Source: a virus
Taxonomy: Duplodnaviria; Caudoviricetes
Strand: one strand, 5' to 3'
DNA: 55,469 nt
Virus record (IMG/VR): IMGVR_UViG_3300002488_000008
Location: 1-55,469 of that record
The notes beneath the pieces were generated by a model. The model ran no database searches and was not told the DNA's origin. It saw only the letters and a program-made list of their open reading frames with translations. The translations under genes and the position numbers were made by a program. Positions 31,379-40,321 of the stretch are shown here, piece after piece; within the stretch, counting starts at the first letter, position 1; each line of letters starts with the position of its first letter.

Positions 31379-33886
31379 ATGATAAGTAAACAGGATAAAC
31401 TAATAATTCATAGTAACGTTATAAGTGATACCATAGGAAGTAGTAGAACACTTACTCCTACCATCATATTTACTCCATCAGATAAAACAAAAATTATGCC
31501 CGAATTAATAAAAGATAATCTTTTATTTAGATATATGTGTTTTTATATGTTTTCTAATACTCTTATTGCTGATGCTAATGTAAACAGAGTAGAACAAATA
31601 TTACCTAAAATTTTACAAATAAATAAAAGAGACATAGAGTTATTTTTAGAAGAGGCTAAAAATATAGATAGTAAAACTAGTAGTGTAGATGTAGAATCTA
31701 TAGAAAGAACTGTTGCAGGATTTAGTAATGAAGAGTATAATGAATATAAAATAGCATTTCTAAATCAATTAAAAAAAATAAATTTAGAATCCTTTTTAAC
31801 AATTATGATTGGTGAAGGTGACAATCAATTATCAAAAAAATCTTTAAATGATATTTTTAAAAAAACATCTTTTTCGGATTTTTTAAAATTACTGAAAGAT
31901 AATCCTATTGATGATAGTATTACTTTTATGGATTTAGATAAAAATACAAAACTTAGAGACTATTTATCCGGTCAAAAGGGAAGATATGGAAAACAAGAAA
32001 AGAAAACTACACTAAGAGATGCACCTGAATTTTTTTCATCAACAAGCATAAACCCCAAGAATTACAAAGAGTATATAGAATATGTAAAGAAGTTATCAGA
32101 AGATAAAGAGTTTAGAGATACAATTGAGCAAGCGTTTCAAGATATGGCTATAGACCAAGATATATTAAATGACCATTTAGATGTATTAGGTAAATTAGAA
32201 ACAGGTTCTCCACTTTTATTTGATAATATAATGAAACATATTACAGTTAAAACTAACGCTAGTAGTAGTAAAGAGGGAGAAGTCATATTATCTGAAAAAG
32301 TAATTCAATTTAATCAAACTGCATATTTAAGAGAAGTGTTTTTAAATTTTGGTTTGGGAGATATTGAAAAGGAAAATTTTGAATTAGTTTCTGATTTAAA
32401 AATAAAAAAACAAGATGATGCAAAAACTATATTTGCGGGAATAAAATCTACAGATGCAGGTAAAGATAAAAGAACACCTTTAATGTTTTTATCTCCAAAG
32501 TTTAAAACAAAAAAGACTAAATGGGGTGATTTTGATGTAGAAGAAGATACTAGAATTATAGAAAATATTGAACTAGTAGGAAATAAAAATACAAAAGAAT
32601 TTGCCTATGATGATAATGGACTATCAGCCTTAGCATCTGAATTAAATGATATTAAAGATTCATATACAAATATAAAACTCAAAGAAACAATTGAAAATTT
32701 ATTATTTAAAAATCTAAATATGAATATTCCTTTAACAAAATTAATTATTGACACAATAACTCCTACTGACGGTAAAATAGTTTGTGGGGTATTTTCAATG
32801 CTTTTAGGTAAAAATGATAAAATTTTTAAAATGGCTGAAGAGGTTCAAGGATTAGAAACTTATTTAGCAGATAAATTTAATAAAGATTCAATTTATATGA
32901 AAGAATCACAATTAGAAGACGAAAGTGCAGAACTGGAAGATAAATATAGTGAATTTGAAACTATGATGAATACAAATGATGCTTCAAAATTAATGGGTAA
33001 AGTTGAAAAAATTGATTTGAAGAAGAATTTTTTACCAAATAGTCCTCGAATAAGAAAACCTGAAGAAGAGGAAGAAGAGGAAGAAGAGGAAGAAGAGGAA
33101 GAGGAAACTACTGAAGAGGAAGAGGAAGAGGAAGAGGAAGAAGAAGAACCTAAAGAGTTAGAATATGAATTAGTAAAAGACGCATATGTGAAATTAAATT
33201 TTACTGAGATTTTAATTAAATTGTTTCAAAAACTTGTACCAATACCTACAATTGTAGGGGGTACAACTCAATTTGAAGAATTTTTTGAAGAACAAACAAA
33301 AAAAGTAGTAAGAGGACTTAGCCCCGATGAAGAAAATACAGATATAAAAACGGCTATAGAAAATTATATACGTGTTTTAGACCAAATAAATTCACTTTCA
33401 GAAAAAGAAAATGACAGGTTAGTACAATTTAAAAATTTACTAGATAATATAAAATCAAAAATAAGTACAAAAAAAGGAGATTTTAGTGCAGGAAACGAAA
33501 GTAAGGCACGTTTATTTTTTAATCTATATAAGAACAAAACAGAAACTTCATTTACAGGTACAAAAGATAAAGCAGAAGTAGATATAGATTTCAAAACATT
33601 AGCACGAACGGCTAGAAAAGAAAAGGGAATAGGGGCAACAGAAATTCCAATTATAGAATATAAAGATATTAAATTCAAAAAAGATGGAACAGTTAATGCT
33701 AAGAACTTTTCTTTTAAGATGGGATATAGGAAAAAAACTGCTACAGAAGAAGCAAGACAATCTAAAGGCGGAAGGGCGGTTGTTGATAATGATAGGAAAG
33801 GTGCTAAAGATAAAGTTGATAAAAACATAAATAGATTTTTAAATACTTTAGTTAGGAACTTTAAAAACATAGAAGGGTTGGTATAA
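31379..33886 (+). CDS. Large K/E-rich hypothetical protein with poly-Glu tract
   Basis: About 835 aa from ATG 31379 (SD gaggg). Confidence 0.8.
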   Translation: MISKQDKLIIHSNVISDTIGSSRTLTPTIIFTPSDKTKIMPELIKDNLLFRYMCFYMFSNTLIADANVNRVEQILPKILQINKRDIELFLEEAKNIDSKTSSVDVESIERTVAGFSNEEYNEYKIAFLNQLKKINLESFLTIMIGEGDNQLSKKSLNDIFKKTSFSDFLKLLKDNPIDDSITFMDLDKNTKLRDYLSGQKGRYGKQEKKTTLRDAPEFFSSTSINPKNYKEYIEYVKKLSEDKEFRDTIEQAFQDMAIDQDILNDHLDVLGKLETGSPLLFDNIMKHITVKTNASSSKEGEVILSEKVIQFNQTAYLREVFLNFGLGDIEKENFELVSDLKIKKQDDAKTIFAGIKSTDAGKDKRTPLMFLSPKFKTKKTKWGDFDVEEDTRIIENIELVGNKNTKEFAYDDNGLSALASELNDIKDSYTNIKLKETIENLLFKNLNMNIPLTKLIIDTITPTDGKIVCGVFSMLLGKNDKIFKMAEEVQGLETYLADKFNKDSIYMKESQLEDESAELEDKYSEFETMMNTNDASKLMGKVEKIDLKKNFLPNSPRIRKPEEEEEEEEEEEEEEETTEEEEEEEEEEEEPKELEYELVKDAYVKLNFTEILIKLFQKLVPIPTIVGGTTQFEEFFEEQTKKVVRGLSPDEENTDIKTAIENYIRVLDQINSLSEKENDRLVQFKNLLDNIKSKISTKKGDFSAGNESKARLFFNLYKNKTETSFTGTKDKAEVDIDFKTLARTARKEKGIGATEIPIIEYKDIKFKKDGTVNAKNFSFKMGYRKKTATEEARQSKGGRAVVDNDRKGAKDKVDKNINRFLNTLVRNFKNIEGLV
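33062..33148 (+). repeat. GAA/GAG microsatellite encoding E15-TT-E12
   Basis: (GAAGAAGAG)4 and (GAAGAG)n runs. Confidence 0.9.
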
Positions 33887-33890
33887 TAGT

Positions 33891-34967
33891 ATGGCAAGAG
33901 TTAGTTCCCCTAGTGATTTTACAAGTATTAATCCAAATTATTCTATAGGAAATGGGTTCTATACAACCCATACTGACATTTCTAATCTTTTACAAATTAG
34001 TCCTTTTTCTTCAAGTACTACACCCAACTTAGTAGAAGTAGGTAAAATTATTAAAAATGTAGAAGGTAAAATAGATGATACTATGGGTATTTCTCATAGA
34101 CCTATAATATTCAAACATGAATATCATAATTTTGAAGCATTTTCTATGGGAGCATATCCTATTCAATATTACAAAGATTATGTTGGGTTCGTACAATTAG
34201 ACCAACATAAAGTACAAAAAATATTAAGATTAGAAGTTTGGCAAGGTAGAGAATGGAAAGACTTAGCATCTGCTACTGCTAAAATTACAATGCCTACTAC
34301 TGTTACTACTTCAGCATGGAATATAACATTAGTCGCAGGAAGTTTTACATTTACAATTACAGAAAATACACACTTCTACGATACCTTTGGCCCTAAAACT
34401 ACTGCTAGTCAATTAGTAGATGCAATTAACGAAGTATTTCCTGCAAAAACTGCAAAGTTTACAGGAGAAACTGCCGCTAAAAGTGTAACTGCTAATGGTA
34501 ATGCTAATATTAATATTTCAGATTTTTTTTATGCTACTGTAGATTCTGAAGATTCAAGTACTGTAATTATCTCATCTTTACTACTAGGAGATGATGGTAA
34601 AAATTGTACTATTAGTTCTAATTTTGGTGCAGTAGAAGGGTTTGCAGACAATGAAAATTCAGGAAGAACTGATGACTTTTGGCAAATTGGAGATGAAGGA
34701 AAAATATTCTTTTTAAGAAATTATCCACATATCAATAGTCATTCAGTTAGAGTTACTTATGTTAGTGGTGATGGTAGAGTTACTTCAGCAGTTCATGAAG
34801 CCGCTACAAAATTAGCCGCCGCAGGTATTCTATTGCATGATGATAACTCTATATTAATTGCAGAATCGGGTTCTAATATTGATTTAAAAACTAAACATGA
34901 TATATTGGTGGAAGAAGCAAATAAAATTCTAGATGGGAAAAAGAAACTCATACACTTTATATCGTGA
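33891..34967 (+). CDS. Putative head-tail adaptor (neck) protein with inserted beta domain
   Basis: N-terminal YTT..DI..LL...II..VE..ID and C-terminal VRVTY..G....V.EAATKLAA are typical of SPP1 gp15-like adaptors; position fits. Confidence 0.65.
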   Translation: MARVSSPSDFTSINPNYSIGNGFYTTHTDISNLLQISPFSSSTTPNLVEVGKIIKNVEGKIDDTMGISHRPIIFKHEYHNFEAFSMGAYPIQYYKDYVGFVQLDQHKVQKILRLEVWQGREWKDLASATAKITMPTTVTTSAWNITLVAGSFTFTITENTHFYDTFGPKTTASQLVDAINEVFPAKTAKFTGETAAKSVTANGNANINISDFFYATVDSEDSSTVIISSLLLGDDGKNCTISSNFGAVEGFADNENSGRTDDFWQIGDEGKIFFLRNYPHINSHSVRVTYVSGDGRVTSAVHEAATKLAAAGILLHDDNSILIAESGSNIDLKTKHDILVEEANKILDGKKKLIHFIS

Positions 34968-34972
34968 TTAAT

Positions 34973-35170
34973 ATGGAAAGTATAAGTACTAAAATTAAAG
35001 AGGCACTACAACTACAACTTGATAGAAATGAATTTTTAAAGGATAGTAGATATGCAGAATTTGCTTTTTCTGATGAAAAAATGATGGAAGAGTTAATGGA
35101 GACTTATGCTAAAATAATTAAAAAGGAATTTAAAGAAACCATTATACATAAAGAGAGATTTAAGAGGTGA
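34973..35170 (+). CDS. Small hypothetical protein
   Basis: 65 aa, lies between neck genes. Confidence 0.65.
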   Translation: MESISTKIKEALQLQLDRNEFLKDSRYAEFAFSDEKMMEELMETYAKIIKKEFKETIIHKERFKR

Positions 35171-35174
35171 TAAA

Positions 35175-35702
35175 ATGGATGAAGTTACTTTTCTTTTACG
35201 TTTATTAAGTGATAGATGGAGTGCGGCGGCTAGTGCTTTAGTTTCTAGGGGTGATATTACTAATAGTCATGTTGAGACACCGGAGTTTGTTGATGTTCGT
35301 TCTATAGAACCTAAAAAAGGTAGAAGAATAGATGCTGATTCAAAATCAATAATAGTTGTCTTTGAAGATTCATCTTCAACTTCCTATCCTACTATAGATT
35401 ATGCAGTAAGAAATGAGGATTTTGGCTTTACAATACACATTAGAGTATTACATAGAAGAGACTTTTCTACTCCTACATTTTCAAGAGATAGACTACAATC
35501 CTTATATAGAATTACACGATACATTTTAGAGAAGAACTCGCTTAGACCAACCGTATATGTTGGTGGCGGAACGTCCGGTACAATAGAAGATAGTGCAGAA
35601 CTTGTTAAATTAAATAGTCGAAGTGATTCAAATGACAGAGGTAAAAAACTATTAGGCTACAAACTTTCGGTGGAGATGAAACGGTTCGGCAGGAATACAT
35701 GA
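35175..35702 (+). CDS. Putative tail terminator / tail completion protein
   Basis: Size, alpha/beta pattern and position immediately before the tail tube gene. Confidence 0.5.
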   Translation: MDEVTFLLRLLSDRWSAAASALVSRGDITNSHVETPEFVDVRSIEPKKGRRIDADSKSIIVVFEDSSSTSYPTIDYAVRNEDFGFTIHIRVLHRRDFSTPTFSRDRLQSLYRITRYILEKNSLRPTVYVGGGTSGTIEDSAELVKLNSRSDSNDRGKKLLGYKLSVEMKRFGRNT

Positions 35703-35714
35703 GGGAATAAAAAA

Positions 35715-37553
35715 ATGGTTAGTAATGAAGCATTCGTAGGTGCAGGACAATCGGTAACATTTGTACCGGAAACTAATATTTATTTGAAAGATTGTGTTAA
35801 TAACAATACTGCTATTATTAGTTCTTGGGATGGTGATGTAGTTCTTGTTCCTAAATTATATGTTGGTTGTGTGGCTAAAGTAGAAAAGGAAGAAGACAGT
35901 GGTGTTACGCCTTTAGTTGGTTATTTTACTATAAAGGATAACACTCAAACTACTTTAACATTTAATGAAGTTATACAGAGTGAAGATTTGGCTAATTTAG
36001 ATGTTACAATTTTATCATATGGTTCACCAACTCCTGCATTAGTCACTTCAGATGACAATACTGCTGATGGTGGTGCAATTACATTGGGTACTTCTTCTAT
36101 TACTATAACTGATGATGGAAGTGGTGGTACTGCTAACCAAGTACGGGCTAACGTAGAATTAACTGGAAATGGCATGGGTACAGGTGCAGAGGCTACTGTT
36201 ACTGTTCATGCATCTAATGGTGGTATTACTAGTATAGACGTTACTAAAGGTGGAGATGGTTATGTCGTAGGAGAAACTCTAACATTAGCAGTGGGTAATG
36301 CTACTGGTTCTTCTATAACAGGACTTCCTACAGATGCAGTATTAACAATTGCAAGTAATAAAGTTGAGACTGATGGAGTAACTGTATTAGGAGACAGTTG
36401 GTTAGGATTAGTTAATTCTTTTTCTCCACCTAATGTAGAAGTAACTCTTAATCAAATGAATTTAGCACTGGGTAATACTCGCAACTTTACTCATCAATAT
36501 AAGGGGGCTGAAACTGTAAGTGGTGCTTCTATGGATATTAACATGAATAATGGTTCATGGTTGTATTATGCTTTAGGGGGAATATCAGTTGAAGAAGCCG
36601 ATAGTAATGCATTAGCGACTTTAGAAACTGCAATAAATAGTAGTGCTACTGAATTAACATATATTAATAGAGGTACTGGTGAAATAGTTCGGACAATAAA
36701 AGGTGGTAATTCTAGTTTAACTTCTGTATCTTGTCCTCCAGTCAAAAGTCCTGCGAACTTTAGACAAAGAAATGGTAAAATTTTAACTTATACATTTACA
36801 GAATTAAATGGAGATTCACTTCCTTCTTTCGCTATAGATATGTCGCACGAAAAAACTTCTTCCGGTGGAAAGATAGATAGTTTATCTCCTACAGAAAATA
36901 TGTGGTCTAAGTTAGCAACAGGTTGTCAAGTAAATACTCTTACTATGAATTTTAATGAAGGAGAAGAATTAAAATGTAGTTTAGATTTAGTAAGTAAAAC
37001 TTTATTTGATAACCCATCAGGTTATTTTCCTGCAAGAAATATTGATACTACAAGTAACTTACATAATTTTAGTTCTACAAAGGAAGATAATTATCCATTT
37101 ATGTATTCTGATGGTGGAATTAAAATATTTGGACAGACATTTGCAAGAATAAAATCCGGTTCTCTTGCAATAGCAAATAACTTAACACCTCATAGATTCA
37201 TTGGCAAATATGACCGTAAAAGTGTTAGCCATCATAGTCCTGCTCAAAGAACATATGATTTAAATTTCACAATGTTAATTACTGATACTCAAATATGGGA
37301 TGAATTAAGAGGTCAAGATGAATTTGACCCAACTGGAGCATCTAATGAAGGTATAATTGAGTTATCATTTTCTAAAGGTTCAGGAGAAACATTATCTAAC
37401 ATTAATTTACAATTTAAAAATTATATTATAGATAGTGTTAATATCCCGTTCCCTGATGATAAGTCTGCATTAGAAGTAGAAGTTACTATGAAAGCAAGAA
37501 CATTACATAGTTGTACTTATTCCGGTAAGTGGGAAATCATAAATACAAAATAG
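35715..37553 (+). CDS. Major tail (tube) protein with inserted domains
   Basis: LPSFAI, GCQVNTLTMNF..GE.L, G.L.I.NNL and RTYDLNFT tube motifs; precedes the chaperone and tape measure genes. Confidence 0.75.
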   Translation: MVSNEAFVGAGQSVTFVPETNIYLKDCVNNNTAIISSWDGDVVLVPKLYVGCVAKVEKEEDSGVTPLVGYFTIKDNTQTTLTFNEVIQSEDLANLDVTILSYGSPTPALVTSDDNTADGGAITLGTSSITITDDGSGGTANQVRANVELTGNGMGTGAEATVTVHASNGGITSIDVTKGGDGYVVGETLTLAVGNATGSSITGLPTDAVLTIASNKVETDGVTVLGDSWLGLVNSFSPPNVEVTLNQMNLALGNTRNFTHQYKGAETVSGASMDINMNNGSWLYYALGGISVEEADSNALATLETAINSSATELTYINRGTGEIVRTIKGGNSSLTSVSCPPVKSPANFRQRNGKILTYTFTELNGDSLPSFAIDMSHEKTSSGGKIDSLSPTENMWSKLATGCQVNTLTMNFNEGEELKCSLDLVSKTLFDNPSGYFPARNIDTTSNLHNFSSTKEDNYPFMYSDGGIKIFGQTFARIKSGSLAIANNLTPHRFIGKYDRKSVSHHSPAQRTYDLNFTMLITDTQIWDELRGQDEFDPTGASNEGIIELSFSKGSGETLSNINLQFKNYIIDSVNIPFPDDKSALEVEVTMKARTLHSCTYSGKWEIINTK

Positions 37554-37642
37554 GAGGATATTCGATAAAGTAGGATATTCTAAAAAAGTAAATTCCATCA
37601 ACATTGTTTGTTTGTTGATTTTAAAAGTAGGTGGAAAAGAAA

Positions 37643-38008
37643 ATGAGTGAAATAGAAAATGATAAGAGTAGGTTGTTCGCAACCGTAGACCAAACGATGC
37701 ATGAAATAAAAGTCGCAGAAGATAGTGATAAAATAATAAAAGTGTGGGTTAAAGAACCTACATGGTTACAAGTAGAAACTGCTTTATCTTCTGTAATGGA
37801 CGTAGATTCTCAAACACAAGAGATGACTTTAAATTTAACTAAAATGTATAAATTTATGATAAAGGAATTTATTGGAAAAACAGAACCTTCCCTATCTCCT
37901 ATAGAACTATTAAGATTGAGTCCTTACATTGGGGCTCAACTCAAAGAAGTTCTTCCTAATCCATTTATGGATATAACGGGGGCTGATACGGGAAAAGCAC
38001 AGAAATAA
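37643..38008 (+). CDS. Tail assembly chaperone (gpG-like)
   Basis: Lies between tube and tape measure; 121 aa; slippery site near the 3' end. Confidence 0.75.
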   Translation: MSEIENDKSRLFATVDQTMHEIKVAEDSDKIIKVWVKEPTWLQVETALSSVMDVDSQTQEMTLNLTKMYKFMIKEFIGKTEPSLSPIELLRLSPYIGAQLKEVLPNPFMDITGADTGKAQK

Positions 38009-38217
38009 GAAAAGCATTAACAGGAAGAGAAGTAGATGCTAAATTAGCATTTACTATCTTATTATATTCTTATTGTAAAATATTTAATATAAACCCTAAT
38101 GAAGCAAGACACACAAAGTTGTCTCTTATGTTAGAATTAACACAGATTCACGCTGTAGCAGAATCACTAAAAGCAGAAAAAGTAGAAAAAGAAGTAGGAG
38201 GTATAAAGAATGTCTGA
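37990..38217 (+). CDS. -1 frameshift extension of the tail chaperone (gpGT-like, about 191 aa fusion)
   Basis: In-phase G GGA AAA at 37990-37996. The -1 frame has no early start and stays open (STEIRKALTGREVDAKL...FNINPNEA...KNV*) up to the TMP start. Confidence 0.8.
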   Translation, partial: GKSTEIRKALTGREVDAKLAFTILLYSYCKIFNINPNEARHTKLSLMLELTQIHAVAESLKAEKVEKEVGGIKNV

Positions 38218-39604
38218 TGATTATGAAGCACTAACAGAATTCGGTAAAGCCATACAAACTTTAAGCGAAAGTTCGGATAGTTTAGCGGCATCTTTTGGAG
38301 AACTTTCAGATAAAAGTAAAGCATGGACAATTGCTAGTAGAATATTATCGGGTTCAGGACTATGGAAATTACAAAACTATGTTAGAGCCGTAGGTAATAC
38401 CATTAAAATGTATAATGATAATCAAAATGAAGCGGCTATGGCTACTGTTAAAGCATTTGAACATAATCAAAAATTAACAAAAAGTTATGCTGAAATGGAA
38501 AAGCAGATTCGACAGGTAGAGAAAGAAACCGGAAGTTATTATGACATGATGGTCAGAACTCATGGTGAAGAAAGGGCAAGAACAGAAGGATTAAAAGACT
38601 TATTTAGAATTAAAAATCAAATTAGTGAGAAATTGGTTGGAAAGGCTAAAGGTGGAATTGGTTTAGCATTTGAAAGTGCAGGAGCATATTTTAGAGAAGG
38701 TAGAACAGAAATTGACCCTAGAACAGGAAAAAAAGAAAAAGTAAGAAATGCATTTACAGGACAAGTAGGTGGATATTTCGGAAAAGTAATGGGTAGTAAA
38801 GTTGCAGGGGCGAATAAATTTGCCACTGCCTTACTCAAAGGCGACCCTACCGGAAAAACAGAAAAAGCAAGAAGAAGATTATTACTAAAATATAGTTCAA
38901 AATATTTCAAAAAGATGTCTCCGGTTGCAGGAATATTGGCTAAAATACCTTCAGCATTATATAAATTTATAAATATAGGATTAACATTTTTTATACAAGG
39001 GCTAATGTATGTTACTTTAATAGGTCTTGGAATAATAGTCTTAGTTAAAATATTAAAAGCGGCAAATATATTTGGATTGTTTAAAGAACTAGGAGAAGGT
39101 TTTCGTATAGTACATCATTTACTTGAAGGATTTAAAAAGATATTTGGTGGAATATTCCTTATGCTTAAAGCAGTATTTAAAGGAAATTTTAAAATGTTTT
39201 TTATTGGATTAGTCACAGTTCTAAAGGGTGTAGGACAAGTTCTATTGGGAGTATTCCTTGCAGGAATTGCGGCTACCATTGCAATAATTGGGGGATTACT
39301 CTCTGCACTTGGTAAAGCAATATATAAGGGTATAACAGGTAGAGCAACAGGTGGAATAGTAAGAGAAAATTTGACTCTAGTTGGAGAAAGAGGGCCGGAA
39401 CTAGTTTCACTACCAAATGGAGCAAGGGTACATACTAATGCTGAAAGTAGAAGAATGGTAACTGGAAGTAGTAATGTTATCAATGTTAATGTTACTGGAA
39501 GAGTAGGTGCATCCGATACAGAGATTAGAGATATAGCCAATAAAGTTGCAAGGGAAATTAATTTGCGAATGAACAGAACAGGTAGTGCGGCAGGTAGATT
39601 TTAA
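38210..39604 (+). CDS. Tape measure protein (short)
   Basis: Follows the chaperone. G/A/K-rich helices, hydrophobic segments and C-terminal RATGGIV...VGERGPELV.LP.GA.V motif. Confidence 0.8.
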   Translation: MSDDYEALTEFGKAIQTLSESSDSLAASFGELSDKSKAWTIASRILSGSGLWKLQNYVRAVGNTIKMYNDNQNEAAMATVKAFEHNQKLTKSYAEMEKQIRQVEKETGSYYDMMVRTHGEERARTEGLKDLFRIKNQISEKLVGKAKGGIGLAFESAGAYFREGRTEIDPRTGKKEKVRNAFTGQVGGYFGKVMGSKVAGANKFATALLKGDPTGKTEKARRRLLLKYSSKYFKKMSPVAGILAKIPSALYKFINIGLTFFIQGLMYVTLIGLGIIVLVKILKAANIFGLFKELGEGFRIVHHLLEGFKKIFGGIFLMLKAVFKGNFKMFFIGLVTVLKGVGQVLLGVFLAGIAATIAIIGGLLSALGKAIYKGITGRATGGIVRENLTLVGERGPELVSLPNGARVHTNAESRRMVTGSSNVINVNVTGRVGASDTEIRDIANKVAREINLRMNRTGSAAGRF

Positions 39605-40311
39605 TGAGCGGTGAAGGGTTCAATAACTTTAGTGTATTTTTAGAATTACAAAGAAGAAATGAAATAGGAGAACATCGTCAAAACAGAATTCCTTTATTTG
39701 TAAATGATATTTCTATTAATACTAATAAAACTGTAATGAGTATGGGTGTTCCTTTTTCCGGTATGGTTAGAGGTGAAGCAACTTCTTTAGCATTTGACAT
39801 GGGAATGGCACAAAAAACAGTAAGTTTGACAGGAGTATTATTAGGACAAAACATTACTAAAATAAAAAATAATAGTGGTGATGGTAATGAAATAGATGTT
39901 AATTTAACTTCTTTTGAAATGGCACAATTAATTCACTCTAATGTTGATTCTAGTGTTCTACAAGATGACCAATCTTTAAACAAATTGGTTGTATTAATAC
40001 CTAGCAGAGTAGATGAAAATTATGGATATCATGCAGGAGTAAATGGTACAACTGATATTTCTCAACTACCATTGATTCCCTTTTCTTGGAAAAATAGAAA
40101 ATTTGATAATGACTTTACTGCCTTTACAAAAAACCCTGCTCCTTATTTTACACCTTATACAGATACTACTGCTAATAATACTACTTCTGTAGGAATGAAG
40201 GGTTTTATTCGTTCCTTTAGTACTAATATTACAGGAACGGATTTTCCGTCTATAAATTTTACTTTGGAGTTTGAAATCGCTACTGTTATTTCTGATAATC
40301 CATTGAGTTGA
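39604..40311 (+). CDS. Putative distal tail / tail-tip protein
   Basis: Directly after the TMP; tube-like beta pattern (TVSLTGVL, FTLEFEIA). Confidence 0.55.
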   Translation: MSGEGFNNFSVFLELQRRNEIGEHRQNRIPLFVNDISINTNKTVMSMGVPFSGMVRGEATSLAFDMGMAQKTVSLTGVLLGQNITKIKNNSGDGNEIDVNLTSFEMAQLIHSNVDSSVLQDDQSLNKLVVLIPSRVDENYGYHAGVNGTTDISQLPLIPFSWKNRKFDNDFTAFTKNPAPYFTPYTDTTANNTTSVGMKGFIRSFSTNITGTDFPSINFTLEFEIATVISDNPLS

Positions 40312-40321
40312 GGGAAATAAA

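Noticed and set aside
35715-37553. Tail sheath (myovirus) call for the 612 aa protein
   Set aside because: No sheath motifs (PGVY, C-terminal sheath domain). It has tube-like motifs and is followed directly by the chaperone and TMP.
37554-37630. Intergenic ggatattc direct repeat and atcaaca/tgttgat stem
   Set aside because: Only 7-8 bp in AT-rich DNA; could be regulatory but cannot be distinguished from chance.
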